Part shown: positions 1-9,593 of the stretch, one piece after another | Numbering within the stretch: the stretch's first letter is position 1 | How the letters are laid out: every line of letters begins with the position of its first letter | From: a virus | Length of the DNA stretch: 64,000 bases | Virus record (IMG/VR): IMGVR_UViG_3300027747_004308 | Span: 5,127-69,126 of that record | Reading direction: 5' to 3' (one strand) | The notes under the pieces: generated by a model | The model's input: only the letters and a program-made list of their open reading frames with translations | Databases searched by the model: none | Told to the model about the DNA's origin: nothing | Translations under genes and position numbers: made by a program

Positions 1-411
1 AAGCAATACAATTGCGGTCTGTTCTTTATCATTATAATTATATGATTCGTAGTCACCATAAGGATCAGCAGAGCTTGCAGACAATGTTGATGATGCCTTC
101 TTAATCTTCTCTGTAATTAAAACAAGAAGTTGGTTCAACACCATATCTGATAAAGCAGCTCTTACAAACTCTACAATATCGCCGTATTGAAATTTGCCTT
201 TAAGTGATTCAAATGGATTTGCATAAAGCCCGAATACATAATGAGGTATATATTTCAATGTAAGCTTAGCACAATCCTGAATTACGTGAAAAGCTGCAGG
301 GTTAAGAATTGTTACACCGGTTTCAGGGTTGGTACTCGCTTTCGTAGCTGGTCCTACTAATTTTGCTTCTTTAGCTTGACTGTTCTGTAAAAGAATATCT
401 ATAAAGTTCAT
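1..411 (-). CDS. hypothetical protein (partial, runs off window)
   Basis: Open frame MNFIDILLQNSQAKEAK... from ATG at 411, overlapping the upstream stop; no stop before position 1; not in ORF track. Confidence 0.7.
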   Translation of the reverse strand, partial: MNFIDILLQNSQAKEAKLVGPATKASTNPETGVTILNPAAFHVIQDCAKLTLKYIPHYVFGLYANPFESLKGKFQYGDIVEFVRAALSDMVLNQLLVLITEKIKKASSTLSASSADPYGDYESYNYNDKEQTAIVLL

Positions 412-851
412 ATCTTTTTTAATTCACCTATTATCTCTTCTTTACTTATACATTTATGCTCTATTCCATAAAAATCTAGAACATCTAACCCGCCTTTGTC
501 GAAATCATATTTTAATGTGTAGATAATTTTCTTGATACCGTGACCAGCAATTGCTTGTGCACAACAGGTACAGGGTTGTAACGTTATTGCCATTGTCTTA
601 GCCTGTCCATGTGATATTCTAGCTAGTAAATTTGCCTCTGCATGAATCATATAAGGTCGACGAGCATTTCTATCGTTCCAAAATTCTGACTGTACTTTCT
701 TACCAGCTGCAAGCCCATTATAAGCAACACCAAGAACTTCATTATTATGACCAAGCGCGCATGCTCCAACTTTCATATATGGATCTTCACTACGCCGGGT
801 AGCTGTCCAAGCTAATAAAAGAGCATGCCTATCCCAATCAACTCGGCTCAT
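408..851 (-). CDS. dCMP deaminase
   Basis: RSEDP..KVGAC, YNG, HAE and PCxxC zinc motifs; start moved to MSRVDW. Confidence 0.92.
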   Translation of the reverse strand: MSRVDWDRHALLLAWTATRRSEDPYMKVGACALGHNNEVLGVAYNGLAAGKKVQSEFWNDRNARRPYMIHAEANLLARISHGQAKTMAITLQPCTCCAQAIAGHGIKKIIYTLKYDFDKGGLDVLDFYGIEHKCISKEEIIGELKKI

Positions 852-1524
852 AATGATCAAGCATTAATTTAACATCTGTCTTAAGATAAGGCGTTGGGTA
901 ATATATAAACTTTTTCGAATCTCTATCATAATAGAAAATTCCAAGTTGGTTAACTTTTCTACCAGTTATATTTTGATACATATAAGCGTAAAGAGAAAGC
1001 TGAAGGGAGTAGGTTGTAAATTCGCATGCTGTTAAATGATTAAAAGGAGCTAAAAGATATTCAGAGTATTGGTTATATAGGTTAAACTTCTTATTGGTTT
1101 TAATATCAAACACACTGAACCCACCGTTCTCTTCAACACGAATAATATCAGCGGTACCTGCTAGCTTATATTCATGATTATACACTTTCTCTTCAACTAA
1201 TAGTTCGTCCTTTCGATCTACAATACCTAGATCTACATAGCTCTCAATAGCATCTTCATATCCCTCTTCAATAGTACCGTCTTTATTATACTGCTCAATG
1301 GCACTGTGAAAGTTAGACCCATAGACCTTACTATCTTCATTAATCTTCTTCCAACGTGCTTTAATCTCTTCTTGTGTTACTCCTTCACGGTCTGCAACAC
1401 GCTTTGATACGGCATCAACATCAAAAGGCTTTTTATACTTTGAGATTAATGTTGTAACTGAAATATATTCTTCTAAAGTAAACTGATTACGGTAAACGTG
1501 CCTCTTGGGATCAAAAATGAGCAT
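838..1524 (-). CDS. PD-(D/E)XK (Cas4/RecB-like) exonuclease
   Basis: SVTT, GSNFH, AGTAD...DIKT, QLSLYAY motifs. Confidence 0.88.
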   Translation of the reverse strand: MLIFDPKRHVYRNQFTLEEYISVTTLISKYKKPFDVDAVSKRVADREGVTQEEIKARWKKINEDSKVYGSNFHSAIEQYNKDGTIEEGYEDAIESYVDLGIVDRKDELLVEEKVYNHEYKLAGTADIIRVEENGGFSVFDIKTNKKFNLYNQYSEYLLAPFNHLTACEFTTYSLQLSLYAYMYQNITGRKVNQLGIFYYDRDSKKFIYYPTPYLKTDVKLMLDHYEPS

Positions 1525-1557
1525 AATATATTATAAGACAAGAGAAAGTATTATCAA

Positions 1558-1764
1558 CTAACCCTTAAACGTATATGTGCAAGTATAACCTTCACCAATT
1601 TTAGACTTGTGCACTAAAGTGTAGCCAAGTTGCTTGAGTCGGGTATCTAAAATATCAAACCAATCCTTATCAATATTAAACAAAATGCTTCCGCGTTTAC
1701 TGTCCACCAATAAAGTGTTAGTAAACTCTTCGCAAACCGCTACGCTCAGCGATGTCGACTTCAC
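1558..1764 (-). CDS. hypothetical protein
   Basis: ORF in tightly packed minus-strand run. Confidence 0.55.
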   Translation of the reverse strand: MKSTSLSVAVCEEFTNTLLVDSKRGSILFNIDKDWFDILDTRLKQLGYTLVHKSKIGEGYTCTYTFKG

Positions 1765-1781
1765 ACATATATTTATTCTTT

Positions 1782-2003
1782 TTACTGATCGTTATCAATG
1801 TCAAAATCTTCATCATCGGAATCATAAATATTGGAGTCAATTATAGTTTCGGAATTACGAACACCGTGACGAAGTGAATCTAAAAGAATGTTTGCTTCTT
1901 CTTCTTTAAGATAAAGAATACCAACATCATTTCCATTAATAAGAAATTTTACGTGATAATTATCCCCCGAGGAATAAACCTTCTCCAGGGTAATTTTATT
2001 CAT
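1782..2003 (-). CDS. hypothetical protein, acidic C-terminus
   Basis: ORF in gene run. Confidence 0.65.
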   Translation of the reverse strand: MNKITLEKVYSSGDNYHVKFLINGNDVGILYLKEEEANILLDSLRHGVRNSETIIDSNIYDSDDEDFDIDNDQ

Positions 2004-2008
2004 TAGAG

Positions 2009-2194
2009 TTAGCTAGTAAAATCATTTTCCGTCTTGAGCAACGCGCTTATTTTTTCGTATATGCTTCCAAATAAATTAAAATCTGATGGTTTAAAAAGAC
2101 CTCTTGCCGCTGCTCCTTCTATAAGAGTATTTATTGCTCTCATATCTGAGATAGTAAGGTTTGAGGTTATTTCTTTTACTTGTACTTCTTGCAT
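2009..2194 (-). CDS. hypothetical phage protein
   Basis: LTISD...IEGAAARGLFK-type small phage protein. Confidence 0.7.
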   Translation of the reverse strand: MQEVQVKEITSNLTISDMRAINTLIEGAAARGLFKPSDFNLFGSIYEKISALLKTENDFTS

Positions 2195-2202
2195 ATATTT
2201 AC

Positions 2203-2406
2203 TTAATAAACAAATCCACCTTCAAGTGTATAAGCAGTGTTGCCTTCTGCGTCCAAGATCTTTAAGATATCTTGTGAAAGCTCATTACATTGCTCTGAAG
2301 CAGATTTATGAGCTTGATACACATCGTCAGCATCCACGCGGACACGTTTAATTCTTTTACCATGTGCATCTTTTATAACTGCGGTGAAGCGATCAATAAA
2401 TAACAT
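2203..2406 (-). CDS. hypothetical protein
   Basis: ORF with minus-strand TTGAAC..CATATAAT-like promoter upstream. Confidence 0.65.
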   Translation of the reverse strand: MLFIDRFTAVIKDAHGKRIKRVRVDADDVYQAHKSASEQCNELSQDILKILDAEGNTAYTLEGGFVY

Positions 2407-2451
2407 AAAAGTATTATATGCGATGAAAGCTCTAGTTCAAGAATATTTTTT

Positions 2452-2925
2452 ATGTGGGTAATAAAAGTTAAGCCAACAAGCAAGACAAAACACTGGCTCT
2501 CAAAATATAGAGTTGATCATAACGCGCTATCACTTGCCATTACAGCACTATTTGCAGACATTTATAAATGCAAAAAATATAAAAAGACAACTTTAGTACT
2601 TCAGGTCGATAGTCCGTATGAAAGTAGTTATATATTTGGTACAAATAAAATACGCATTTGTAGTGATCCAGATCCTAAAGCTAAATCTTATAGGCAAAAG
2701 AAGTTTGTTATTTTTTTGCACTTTCTACATGAATTTAGACACTGGATGCAATCTAAAATCTTTAAGATCAAGGATAACCAACTAAAATATACACAAGAAG
2801 ATGTAGATAAAAACACCCATGCATATTGGCATAACAAATATGAAAAAGATGCACGAAGGTTCGAACGAAGGTATGTTCGTAGATTTATGAAGTACTACGT
2901 TAACTTCAGGAACGACGGTCAATGA
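2452..2925 (+). CDS. HExxH zinc-metallopeptidase-like protein
   Basis: FLHEFRHWMQ with downstream YEKDAR. Confidence 0.6.
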   Translation: MWVIKVKPTSKTKHWLSKYRVDHNALSLAITALFADIYKCKKYKKTTLVLQVDSPYESSYIFGTNKIRICSDPDPKAKSYRQKKFVIFLHFLHEFRHWMQSKIFKIKDNQLKYTQEDVDKNTHAYWHNKYEKDARRFERRYVRRFMKYYVNFRNDGQ

Positions 2926-3247
2926 TCGACTTATAAAGGTAGCAAATAGAGGGGTAAGTAAACCACGTAAGAAGAGGAAAATACTTAGGAACATCAGTTA
3001 TTAGCGTAAAAAAACATCCAACTACCAAAGACGTCCAAAAAGAGCAACATATAAAACAACCAAGAAGTTTAGCTAGGAATTTGCTCTTTATCATGATTGC
3101 CGTATTGACTTGATCATGGGAATACAAATTCTTGTGTATAAAGACCTGCGCTAAAGTAACTTGAAGAGGACTATAAAACCACAGCAACAATGCTGATAGA
3201 GTTATTAAGAGCCCTTCGACGTAATAGACGAAATTGCTTCCTTCCAT
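2906..3247 (-). CDS. small membrane protein with CxxC (DUF1360-like)
   Basis: Hydrophobic segments, LLGCFICCSFW. Confidence 0.6.
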   Translation of the reverse strand: MEGSNFVYYVEGLLITLSALLLWFYSPLQVTLAQVFIHKNLYSHDQVNTAIMIKSKFLAKLLGCFICCSFWTSLVVGCFFTLITDVPKYFPLLTWFTYPSICYLYKSIIDRRS

Positions 3248-3954
3248 ACACTCTCCATAAATCTTGATTTTAATCCATTCTTTGCGCACTGTGAACAGCC
3301 TTGAGGGTTGCTCATTAACTTATCAAGCTCTTCTTTGTATGCAGCACGAACTTTTTCACACATTGGTACTTCACCCGGGCAAGGGAGATCTAAATTAAAG
3401 AACTCTTCAATAATGACATTCATGTCTCTCATAGGAATATTTATGTTATGATCTATGCCTTTCAATAGACCAAACGTACATGTAATTGAAGCACTACTAC
3501 GATTAGTATCTTTAAATCTTGAAATTAATCTATGGTATCCATCCATTAAAATAAAATGGTTATTTTGATCCTTAATTAATATTACAGGAGAGGTAGCAGT
3601 TACCAAAGCTTCATCACTTAACAACGCATACTCCTCAATACTTCTTTGTGATATAACGTATTTTGGATTTGGCGATATTGCTTCTTCAAAAATAGTCTTT
3701 ATTTCACCATCAAAGCTAAAAATAGTATCTTTATGAATAATAATATTTTCATTCTCAAACCAAGTAATGTGTTCTGATAAACACTTCAAACTTTTATATG
3801 CATCTTTTACATACTTCAACCCATCGTCGTCCGCAAGTTTATAGTTAATAAAAAACGATAAAAAGAAATTATAAACTGTCTCAGGAAGCTTATTCCTAAC
3901 TGCGTTTAGATCTTTTCTTAATTTTTGCTTGTATAATTGTACAAGAAGGCTCAT
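3205..3954 (-). CDS. ParB/Srx-like domain fused in frame to a Cys-rich small protein
   Basis: PVILIK...ILMDGYHRL motif; C-terminal CP..C / CSQC module has its own internal start at 3432. Confidence 0.65.
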   Translation of the reverse strand: MSLLVQLYKQKLRKDLNAVRNKLPETVYNFFLSFFINYKLADDDGLKYVKDAYKSLKCLSEHITWFENENIIIHKDTIFSFDGEIKTIFEEAISPNPKYVISQRSIEEYALLSDEALVTATSPVILIKDQNNHFILMDGYHRLISRFKDTNRSSASITCTFGLLKGIDHNINIPMRDMNVIIEEFFNLDLPCPGEVPMCEKVRAAYKEELDKLMSNPQGCSQCAKNGLKSRFMESVWKEAISSITSKGS

Positions 3955-4715
3955 TTTCTATGCTTACTATTTAAATGTCTAATATATTTTATTAATTTAC
4001 TACAAGAAAACTTTTGAAATTCGTAGTTGTCTTTTTCATAACAATGACCTCCCCAGCCAAATTTACCATCAGGCCCAGGTACCTGCATATGGGTTATTCC
4101 TATTCGCTTATCTAAACCAACGAGATGCGTATACTCGTTGAAAGACGAACCACAGTTTATTTTTTGATGTATTAGATACATCTCGTTAAAAAAAGTTACT
4201 TTATAGGCTAAAAACGCATTTTCAGTATATTTTACTAATGCTGCGGTTTTAATATCTGTATAACTAATATCCTTAAGGCGTTTTAAACGCTTTTTAAGAA
4301 TTGTCGCGACCTTAACGCATGCTTTTTTATTACCCCCTAAAATAAGAAAATCTTGATTATTAAAATCAATAATATTTGTTCTATGTGAAAGATATTCGGG
4401 AGAAAAGATTAATTTTATATTTTTAAATTGCTTCTCTGCATTGTGGTAAAAGTCGGGTGTAGCAGTAGACTTACAGCAAACAATAGTATTTGTAAAGGTT
4501 TTATTAAGATCAGATAACACCGTATATAACGTTTTAAACTTTTGATTTCTTGGTGTATCAACACAAACAAAAATCACATCAAATTGGTCGTTTCTAAAGT
4601 CACTAATTTTATTTTTATTTATTTTTGGATCAATAATGGTTTTTTCTGTTGTGTTAAAAATAGACGAAACAGCTGAACCCACATATCCATGACCAACAAT
4701 TAAGACCTTACTCAT
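3951..4715 (-). CDS. UDP-glucose/GDP-mannose dehydrogenase family protein (short form)
   Basis: GxGxVG Rossmann, CVDTP, KST, SPEYL, K..EN, GGHC. Confidence 0.9.
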   Translation of the reverse strand: MSKVLIVGHGYVGSAVSSIFNTTEKTIIDPKINKNKISDFRNDQFDVIFVCVDTPRNQKFKTLYTVLSDLNKTFTNTIVCCKSTATPDFYHNAEKQFKNIKLIFSPEYLSHRTNIIDFNNQDFLILGGNKKACVKVATILKKRLKRLKDISYTDIKTAALVKYTENAFLAYKVTFFNEMYLIHQKINCGSSFNEYTHLVGLDKRIGITHMQVPGPDGKFGWGGHCYEKDNYEFQKFSCSKLIKYIRHLNSKHRK

Positions 4716-5364
4716 AAAAGTATCTTAAACACATAAATGCCTCTGCATATTGCATCTTACATTCTGAACCACGTTGCAGCGCTTTATTACGTATACCCTC
4801 TGCGCTTCTTGGATGTGGGTGATTATTAATTTCACCTTTATAACATTGTAATGCTTGAATTTTTTTATTAATATCTTCTTTTGTCAGTTTAATATAAAAA
4901 TTTGGATTAAATTTCATATAGCTTTGCGGAAACCCTTGATCTGTACTGCTTATAATTTCACAGCAATATATTTGTTTTATATTACTAAATCCCCACACTC
5001 TAGAAGAGCGTATCATGTGCTCAAAAATTCTCTTATGATCTTGATGTACATCTCCCCAAAATGGAATAAAGAGTATTTCTGGATTTACCTCATGAGCAAT
5101 ATTTTCGAGATTCTTAAAAAGCTTTAACCCGTTATTATAGAGATATTCTTCTGTATAATTTAACCTTAATAACTGTTGATATCCAAGCACGCTTTTTGCT
5201 TTTTCTATATCCTTAAATTGTTGTGCAGTTCTTTCATCTTCTTCTCCACGACAAATAACAACAGTAATATCATTATTTTTTGATAGTTTATATAATGTGC
5301 CGCCCATACCTAGCGCCTCGTCATCACCATGTGGAAAAACCGCTAAAATTTTCTTATTGATCAT
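4708..5364 (-). CDS. PIG-L/LmbE family N-deacetylase
   Basis: PHGDDE..G.GG, HQDH motifs. Confidence 0.92.
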   Translation of the reverse strand: MINKKILAVFPHGDDEALGMGGTLYKLSKNNDITVVICRGEEDERTAQQFKDIEKAKSVLGYQQLLRLNYTEEYLYNNGLKLFKNLENIAHEVNPEILFIPFWGDVHQDHKRIFEHMIRSSRVWGFSNIKQIYCCEIISSTDQGFPQSYMKFNPNFYIKLTKEDINKKIQALQCYKGEINNHPHPRSAEGIRNKALQRGSECKMQYAEAFMCLRYFYE

Positions 5365-6194
5365 ATAGACAAAGCTATAGCTTCGTTCATATATTTTAAA
5401 TACAATTTATGTAATCTCAACAACGACAGCAATCCAATCCCCGTTCCATGCTCGTCAATAATACGGAGACGCGTATGATCATTAAAGCAATCTTCAAGCT
5501 TTGTCGACGTCCAAGGTTTTTTAGGACCATTAAACTGAAAATTATTGTTGTTAATACACGTATTAGCATCTAATAAAGAAGTAAGAAAATTATATTTTAA
5601 AGGAAGCATTGTTTTTTTATTTTCAAAATATGTATTAAGAATTGGCTCATCACTAGCCCATAAATTAGTACCGTTTTTTATTAGCGGAGCAGGAGATAAG
5701 CTTAATTCAATTAGTTCACTTCTTACCTTTTCATTAAGATATTCCTTACCTATAACCATAAGACCGGCATCAAAACAGTCTTCACCGACATATTGCGGAA
5801 TATATTCAGAAATTGATTTAACAACCCCAAAATTGCAATCCAATTCAATTAAAGGTTGAATGCTCTCTAGAACAAGAAAATCAGTATCAATAAAAATTAC
5901 CTTTTCATATTCTTTTAGACAAAATATTTCAAACCTATAATTGCAATTATATAGCCATTTACGATTTGTAGAGTCATATTCACATCTTTCATAAAGTGAG
6001 GTTTCAATAGGCTTAAAAAAAGTATTTTTATAGATAGTTTTAAGCTTTTGTTTATTTAAATCGCTTAAATCACCCCAGTCTAAAACAATAATATCAGATT
6101 TAAATCCCGGAGTGTTTTTAACTATACTATAAAAAGTAGTAAGCGCGCCAAGAATATAATTATCGTTTAAAACCGTTACAACTGCAGATTTCAT
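5361..6194 (-). CDS. glycosyltransferase family 8
   Basis: FIDTD (DxD), FDAGLMV, DEPILN, KYN, GPKKPW. Confidence 0.85.
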   Translation of the reverse strand: MKSAVVTVLNDNYILGALTTFYSIVKNTPGFKSDIIVLDWGDLSDLNKQKLKTIYKNTFFKPIETSLYERCEYDSTNRKWLYNCNYRFEIFCLKEYEKVIFIDTDFLVLESIQPLIELDCNFGVVKSISEYIPQYVGEDCFDAGLMVIGKEYLNEKVRSELIELSLSPAPLIKNGTNLWASDEPILNTYFENKKTMLPLKYNFLTSLLDANTCINNNNFQFNGPKKPWTSTKLEDCFNDHTRLRIIDEHGTGIGLLSLLRLHKLYLKYMNEAIALSI

Positions 6195-6871
6195 TAATCC
6201 TTTAGATTATTCTGTTGCTTATAAAACGTGTAAATATCTCTAATTCTTTTATTTTTACTTATAAGATAAAGAAAAAATCTATTAATTAGACTCAAAGGAA
6301 AGGGTAGAGGCCTAATTAAATCTAAAAATAAAACAACTCTATTTCCTTTTGAATAGTTCCATGCTTTATGCTGTAATGTATCATCAAAAATAATACACTC
6401 GGTATTATTCCACTGTCGAGTGTTGCCCATAACGTCTAGGCCCACATCACCGCTTTTATCTTCAAGCTTAAGTTTAAAGAGACATCTTAAAACCCCTTTA
6501 TACGGGCCACGATGATATTCCATATATGAGTTAGGGGGCAATATAGAAAACATAGCGGTTTTTATATTACTGTGTTTACTCAAAATATTATAAGTTTTAG
6601 GGCATTTTAAAATATTACTTTCTATAGGATTACCGTAAGCAATAAGAAAGAAGACTGTCCAATTAGAGTCTTTAAAATACTTATCTGGAGCTGTATGGGC
6701 AGAAATATCTTTAAATTTTATTCCTGAAACATCATTTAATTCTTTAAGAAATATTTTTTTATTCTTTACCAAATCTGATACTATAGAAAACTTTGTTATA
6801 TCATAATATACAGGTGTAGGAGTATATTTTTCTACTAAAAATTCAAATACTTGCATTATCCTGTTTATCAT
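6194..6871 (-). CDS. aspartyl/asparaginyl beta-hydroxylase (LpxO-like) Fe/2OG dioxygenase
   Basis: AMFSILPP..HRGPYKGVLR, FDDT..H.AWN...RVVLFLD. Confidence 0.88.
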   Translation of the reverse strand: MINRIMQVFEFLVEKYTPTPVYYDITKFSIVSDLVKNKKIFLKELNDVSGIKFKDISAHTAPDKYFKDSNWTVFFLIAYGNPIESNILKCPKTYNILSKHSNIKTAMFSILPPNSYMEYHRGPYKGVLRCLFKLKLEDKSGDVGLDVMGNTRQWNNTECIIFDDTLQHKAWNYSKGNRVVLFLDLIRPLPFPLSLINRFFLYLISKNKRIRDIYTFYKQQNNLKD

Positions 6872-7716
6872 AAAGGCCAAAACCTCATTTCTAATGACAT
6901 GCGCGTTAAATCATCATTAAAGTTTCGTCCACCTCCATGTATAGCATAGGGTGTAAAAATCATTAATTCGCCTAACTTAGGATTTGGAGTAATCATATTA
7001 AGACCGTAATCCGAACTTACAATAGCGGGGTTAGTAAACCGTACATTCTCTACAAATGCTTTACCTTTAGTAATTCGCAAAGCACTATCTGGCCAGTAAT
7101 GACTACCAGGAATAATAGGCAAAGAAGACATATCATTACTACCTGCAATAGGTGCGTAGATATTAATTATCTTTCTATTTCTCTTTAAATGACAATCTCT
7201 ATGAGGAGGGTTATTATCTTTACTCTTCGGCCTTACAATTCTTAACCAAAAATGTTTATTCTTAAAGAACAAATATAAGCTTTTTTTACAGGAAAATTTT
7301 TTATTACAATTAAAGCTTACTATATCATTAAAATGGTCATGACTAAAAGGAAGCAAAGAGAGAGGAATGCCTGATATACCAAATTTACCTGCTGCAACAT
7401 AACTTAATAGCTGTAAATGCTCTTTGTCATCTACAAATTCATGATACTTATCTAATGTAAATTTACTCGTCTCTATGCTTTTTATTTTTTGTAGATTTGC
7501 TAATATGTATGTATAAACAAACTCATAGAATGAAGTAAATAACGCTTTATTTAAAAACTCGCGAATACAATAACCGTCTTTTTCCCACGAATTAAAAATA
7601 GATCGACCGTCATCCATATAAAGAACGTTATTAGCTCCACGTATGATATTCTCCGAAACTACTTTTAGAGATAATTCTCTATCGTTAATTTTATATTTTA
7701 AAATGTCTTCAATCAT
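6868..7716 (-). CDS. phytanoyl-CoA dioxygenase (PhyH)-family Fe/2OG enzyme
   Basis: PPHRD, PGSH, HGG..N...R motifs; start moved to MIEDIL. Confidence 0.8.
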   Translation of the reverse strand: MIEDILKYKINDRELSLKVVSENIIRGANNVLYMDDGRSIFNSWEKDGYCIREFLNKALFTSFYEFVYTYILANLQKIKSIETSKFTLDKYHEFVDDKEHLQLLSYVAAGKFGISGIPLSLLPFSHDHFNDIVSFNCNKKFSCKKSLYLFFKNKHFWLRIVRPKSKDNNPPHRDCHLKRNRKIINIYAPIAGSNDMSSLPIIPGSHYWPDSALRITKGKAFVENVRFTNPAIVSSDYGLNMITPNPKLGELMIFTPYAIHGGGRNFNDDLTRMSLEMRFWPL

Positions 7717-7717
7717 A

Positions 7718-8326
7718 CTATCTAATAATACCTCCGCTAGAGCTAAATTTATATTTTGATAAATCTTGATAGAAGTTAATAATATCTTTATTTTTTTCAG
7801 GTAAGACATTAAAGAGCCTTAGCCCTCTACAAGCATCTTCCGGTGTCATATAACAGTTCCAGCCAACTAATTTAAACTTCTCAAAATTGTATTCTTTACC
7901 TTCTCTACCATTATACCTTGCTAGCTTTAACCATTCATAGGCTTTTTTATTATCTGTAAGAACCATACCTCCTTTGCCTATTTTTAAATGCTTCTTGACA
8001 TGAAATGAAAGGCAATGAAGGGTGCCAGGAACATACATATCTTTTGTAAATCTTAGCGCACCATCAATAATAGGAAGAGGATCAAGCCTATAAATGCCCT
8101 CCCAATTAATATCTTTTAAAACAGGTTTTCCACCCGCGTGAATTATTGAACACGGCACTGAAATATAAGTCTCTTTTGGTATAATTATTTTCTTACCTCG
8201 AGCATTACAATACATTAATGATAAAAATAGGGCACTAGTACAACTATCTACCGCGACAGCATATTTTGCTCCTGCATATGAAGACACGGTTTTCTCAAAT
8301 AAATCTACTATATCATAAACTTTCAT
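7718..8326 (-). CDS. DegT/DnrJ/EryC1/StrS sugar aminotransferase (short form)
   Basis: AVAVDSCTSAL, SFHVKKHLKIGKGG with PLP lysine. Confidence 0.88.
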   Translation of the reverse strand: MKVYDIVDLFEKTVSSYAGAKYAVAVDSCTSALFLSLMYCNARGKKIIIPKETYISVPCSIIHAGGKPVLKDINWEGIYRLDPLPIIDGALRFTKDMYVPGTLHCLSFHVKKHLKIGKGGMVLTDNKKAYEWLKLARYNGREGKEYNFEKFKLVGWNCYMTPEDACRGLRLFNVLPEKNKDIINFYQDLSKYKFSSSGGIIR

Positions 8327-8778
8327 ATTTCATAACCATATAGGGTAGATATATGTTCCATTGTTCTATCAGCCAGTCTTAATGCTGTAGTGTTCTTTGA
8401 ACTTATTTGTGCAAAAACTACAGTACCTTTAGGTAGCCTTGATCCCATATCTTTAAATATAGCTACTGAAATATCTTCTCCAGTGATTTTGTATTTTTTA
8501 TACAAAGTTTTTAATGCAGAAAAATCATAAAAATGGCCAAGGTAATGTTTTTTATCAACATAACTAAATCCAACGTCTATACTGTTTACTATAGCAATTC
8601 TCGCTATCAAGCAATTAGCAATAAACTGTTTATGCTGATCATAGGAGGGTAATTCTGTCGGCGTAACAAATTTAATCAACGATCTCGGATTAGAATATCT
8701 TTGACGTAATAGCTCATACGTAAAGTTTGTATCTCTATCTGTTACTTTATCAAAATCTCTTGTAGTTATTACGTTCAT
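8323..8778 (-). CDS. putative GNAT (PseH-like) acetyltransferase
   Basis: D..F.YELL, SYDQHKQF, AQI...N..AL pattern; sugar-cluster context. Confidence 0.45.
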   Translation of the reverse strand: MNVITTRDFDKVTDRDTNFTYELLRQRYSNPRSLIKFVTPTELPSYDQHKQFIANCLIARIAIVNSIDVGFSYVDKKHYLGHFYDFSALKTLYKKYKITGEDISVAIFKDMGSRLPKGTVVFAQISSKNTTALRLADRTMEHISTLYGYEI

Positions 8779-9593
8779 ATTAACCAAAAACCATCCTCTT
8801 TTATCTTTTTAATCTTCTCTCTACATGAAGGAACAGGATCTAAGTTCTCGCAAAAATTATAATGTATACCATATGCGTTTTCAAGAACTTTTTTCTTTAA
8901 GTAGGCAACATTTAATAAACTACCGTTTGCAAAATCAAAAACACTAATTTTTTTTATTTTAACTGTGTTATTAAATTCTTTAACAAAATCATTAAAAGCA
9001 GTTTGAGCAGCTCCTTCTTCTATTCCTTTAGGGTATTTTTTAAACGTAAATTCATTAAAGAAAGATATAAAAATCTTTTCAAATTGTTCGCTATATTTAT
9101 AATATGCTACTGCACCATTTAATTCACCAAATTTATGTTGATCGGTATATCCCCAGTCTTTAACATTCGGACCTATAGTAGTTATAATTTTATCTTTCTG
9201 TCTTTCTAAATGAAAGCTATCATATCTCTTATCGCTAGTTACTGCTATATCTGCCTTTTCACATTGATTGGTAAAAAATACTAAAGGATCTTTTAAAAAA
9301 ACAACATCAGTATCCGAAAACAGTACGTTACATTTGTGTTTGCGTGCATATTCTAGAGGACGTTTGTATTTAAAAAACTTTTCTATTTCAATCCACTCAG
9401 CTCTAGATAATGCTTCAGTACCTGCGTCATCTAAAATACAGGTGACGTCGTTTTTAAGGCTATCATAACTAAAGCGATCGAGACAAAAAACTATTATATT
9501 ATTTTTTAGTCCAAACTTTTCAAGGTTAGCAATCCAATTCTTTGTAAGGTCTAAATATACTTTATTAATTGTAGTGGCTATAATTGTGTTCAC
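8775..9593 (-). CDS. nucleotide-diphospho-sugar transferase (GT77-like)
   Basis: VLFSDTDVVFLKDP, LNG, IHYN. Confidence 0.8.
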   Translation of the reverse strand: MNTIIATTINKVYLDLTKNWIANLEKFGLKNNIIVFCLDRFSYDSLKNDVTCILDDAGTEALSRAEWIEIEKFFKYKRPLEYARKHKCNVLFSDTDVVFLKDPLVFFTNQCEKADIAVTSDKRYDSFHLERQKDKIITTIGPNVKDWGYTDQHKFGELNGAVAYYKYSEQFEKIFISFFNEFTFKKYPKGIEEGAAQTAFNDFVKEFNNTVKIKKISVFDFANGSLLNVAYLKKKVLENAYGIHYNFCENLDPVPSCREKIKKIKEDGFWLI

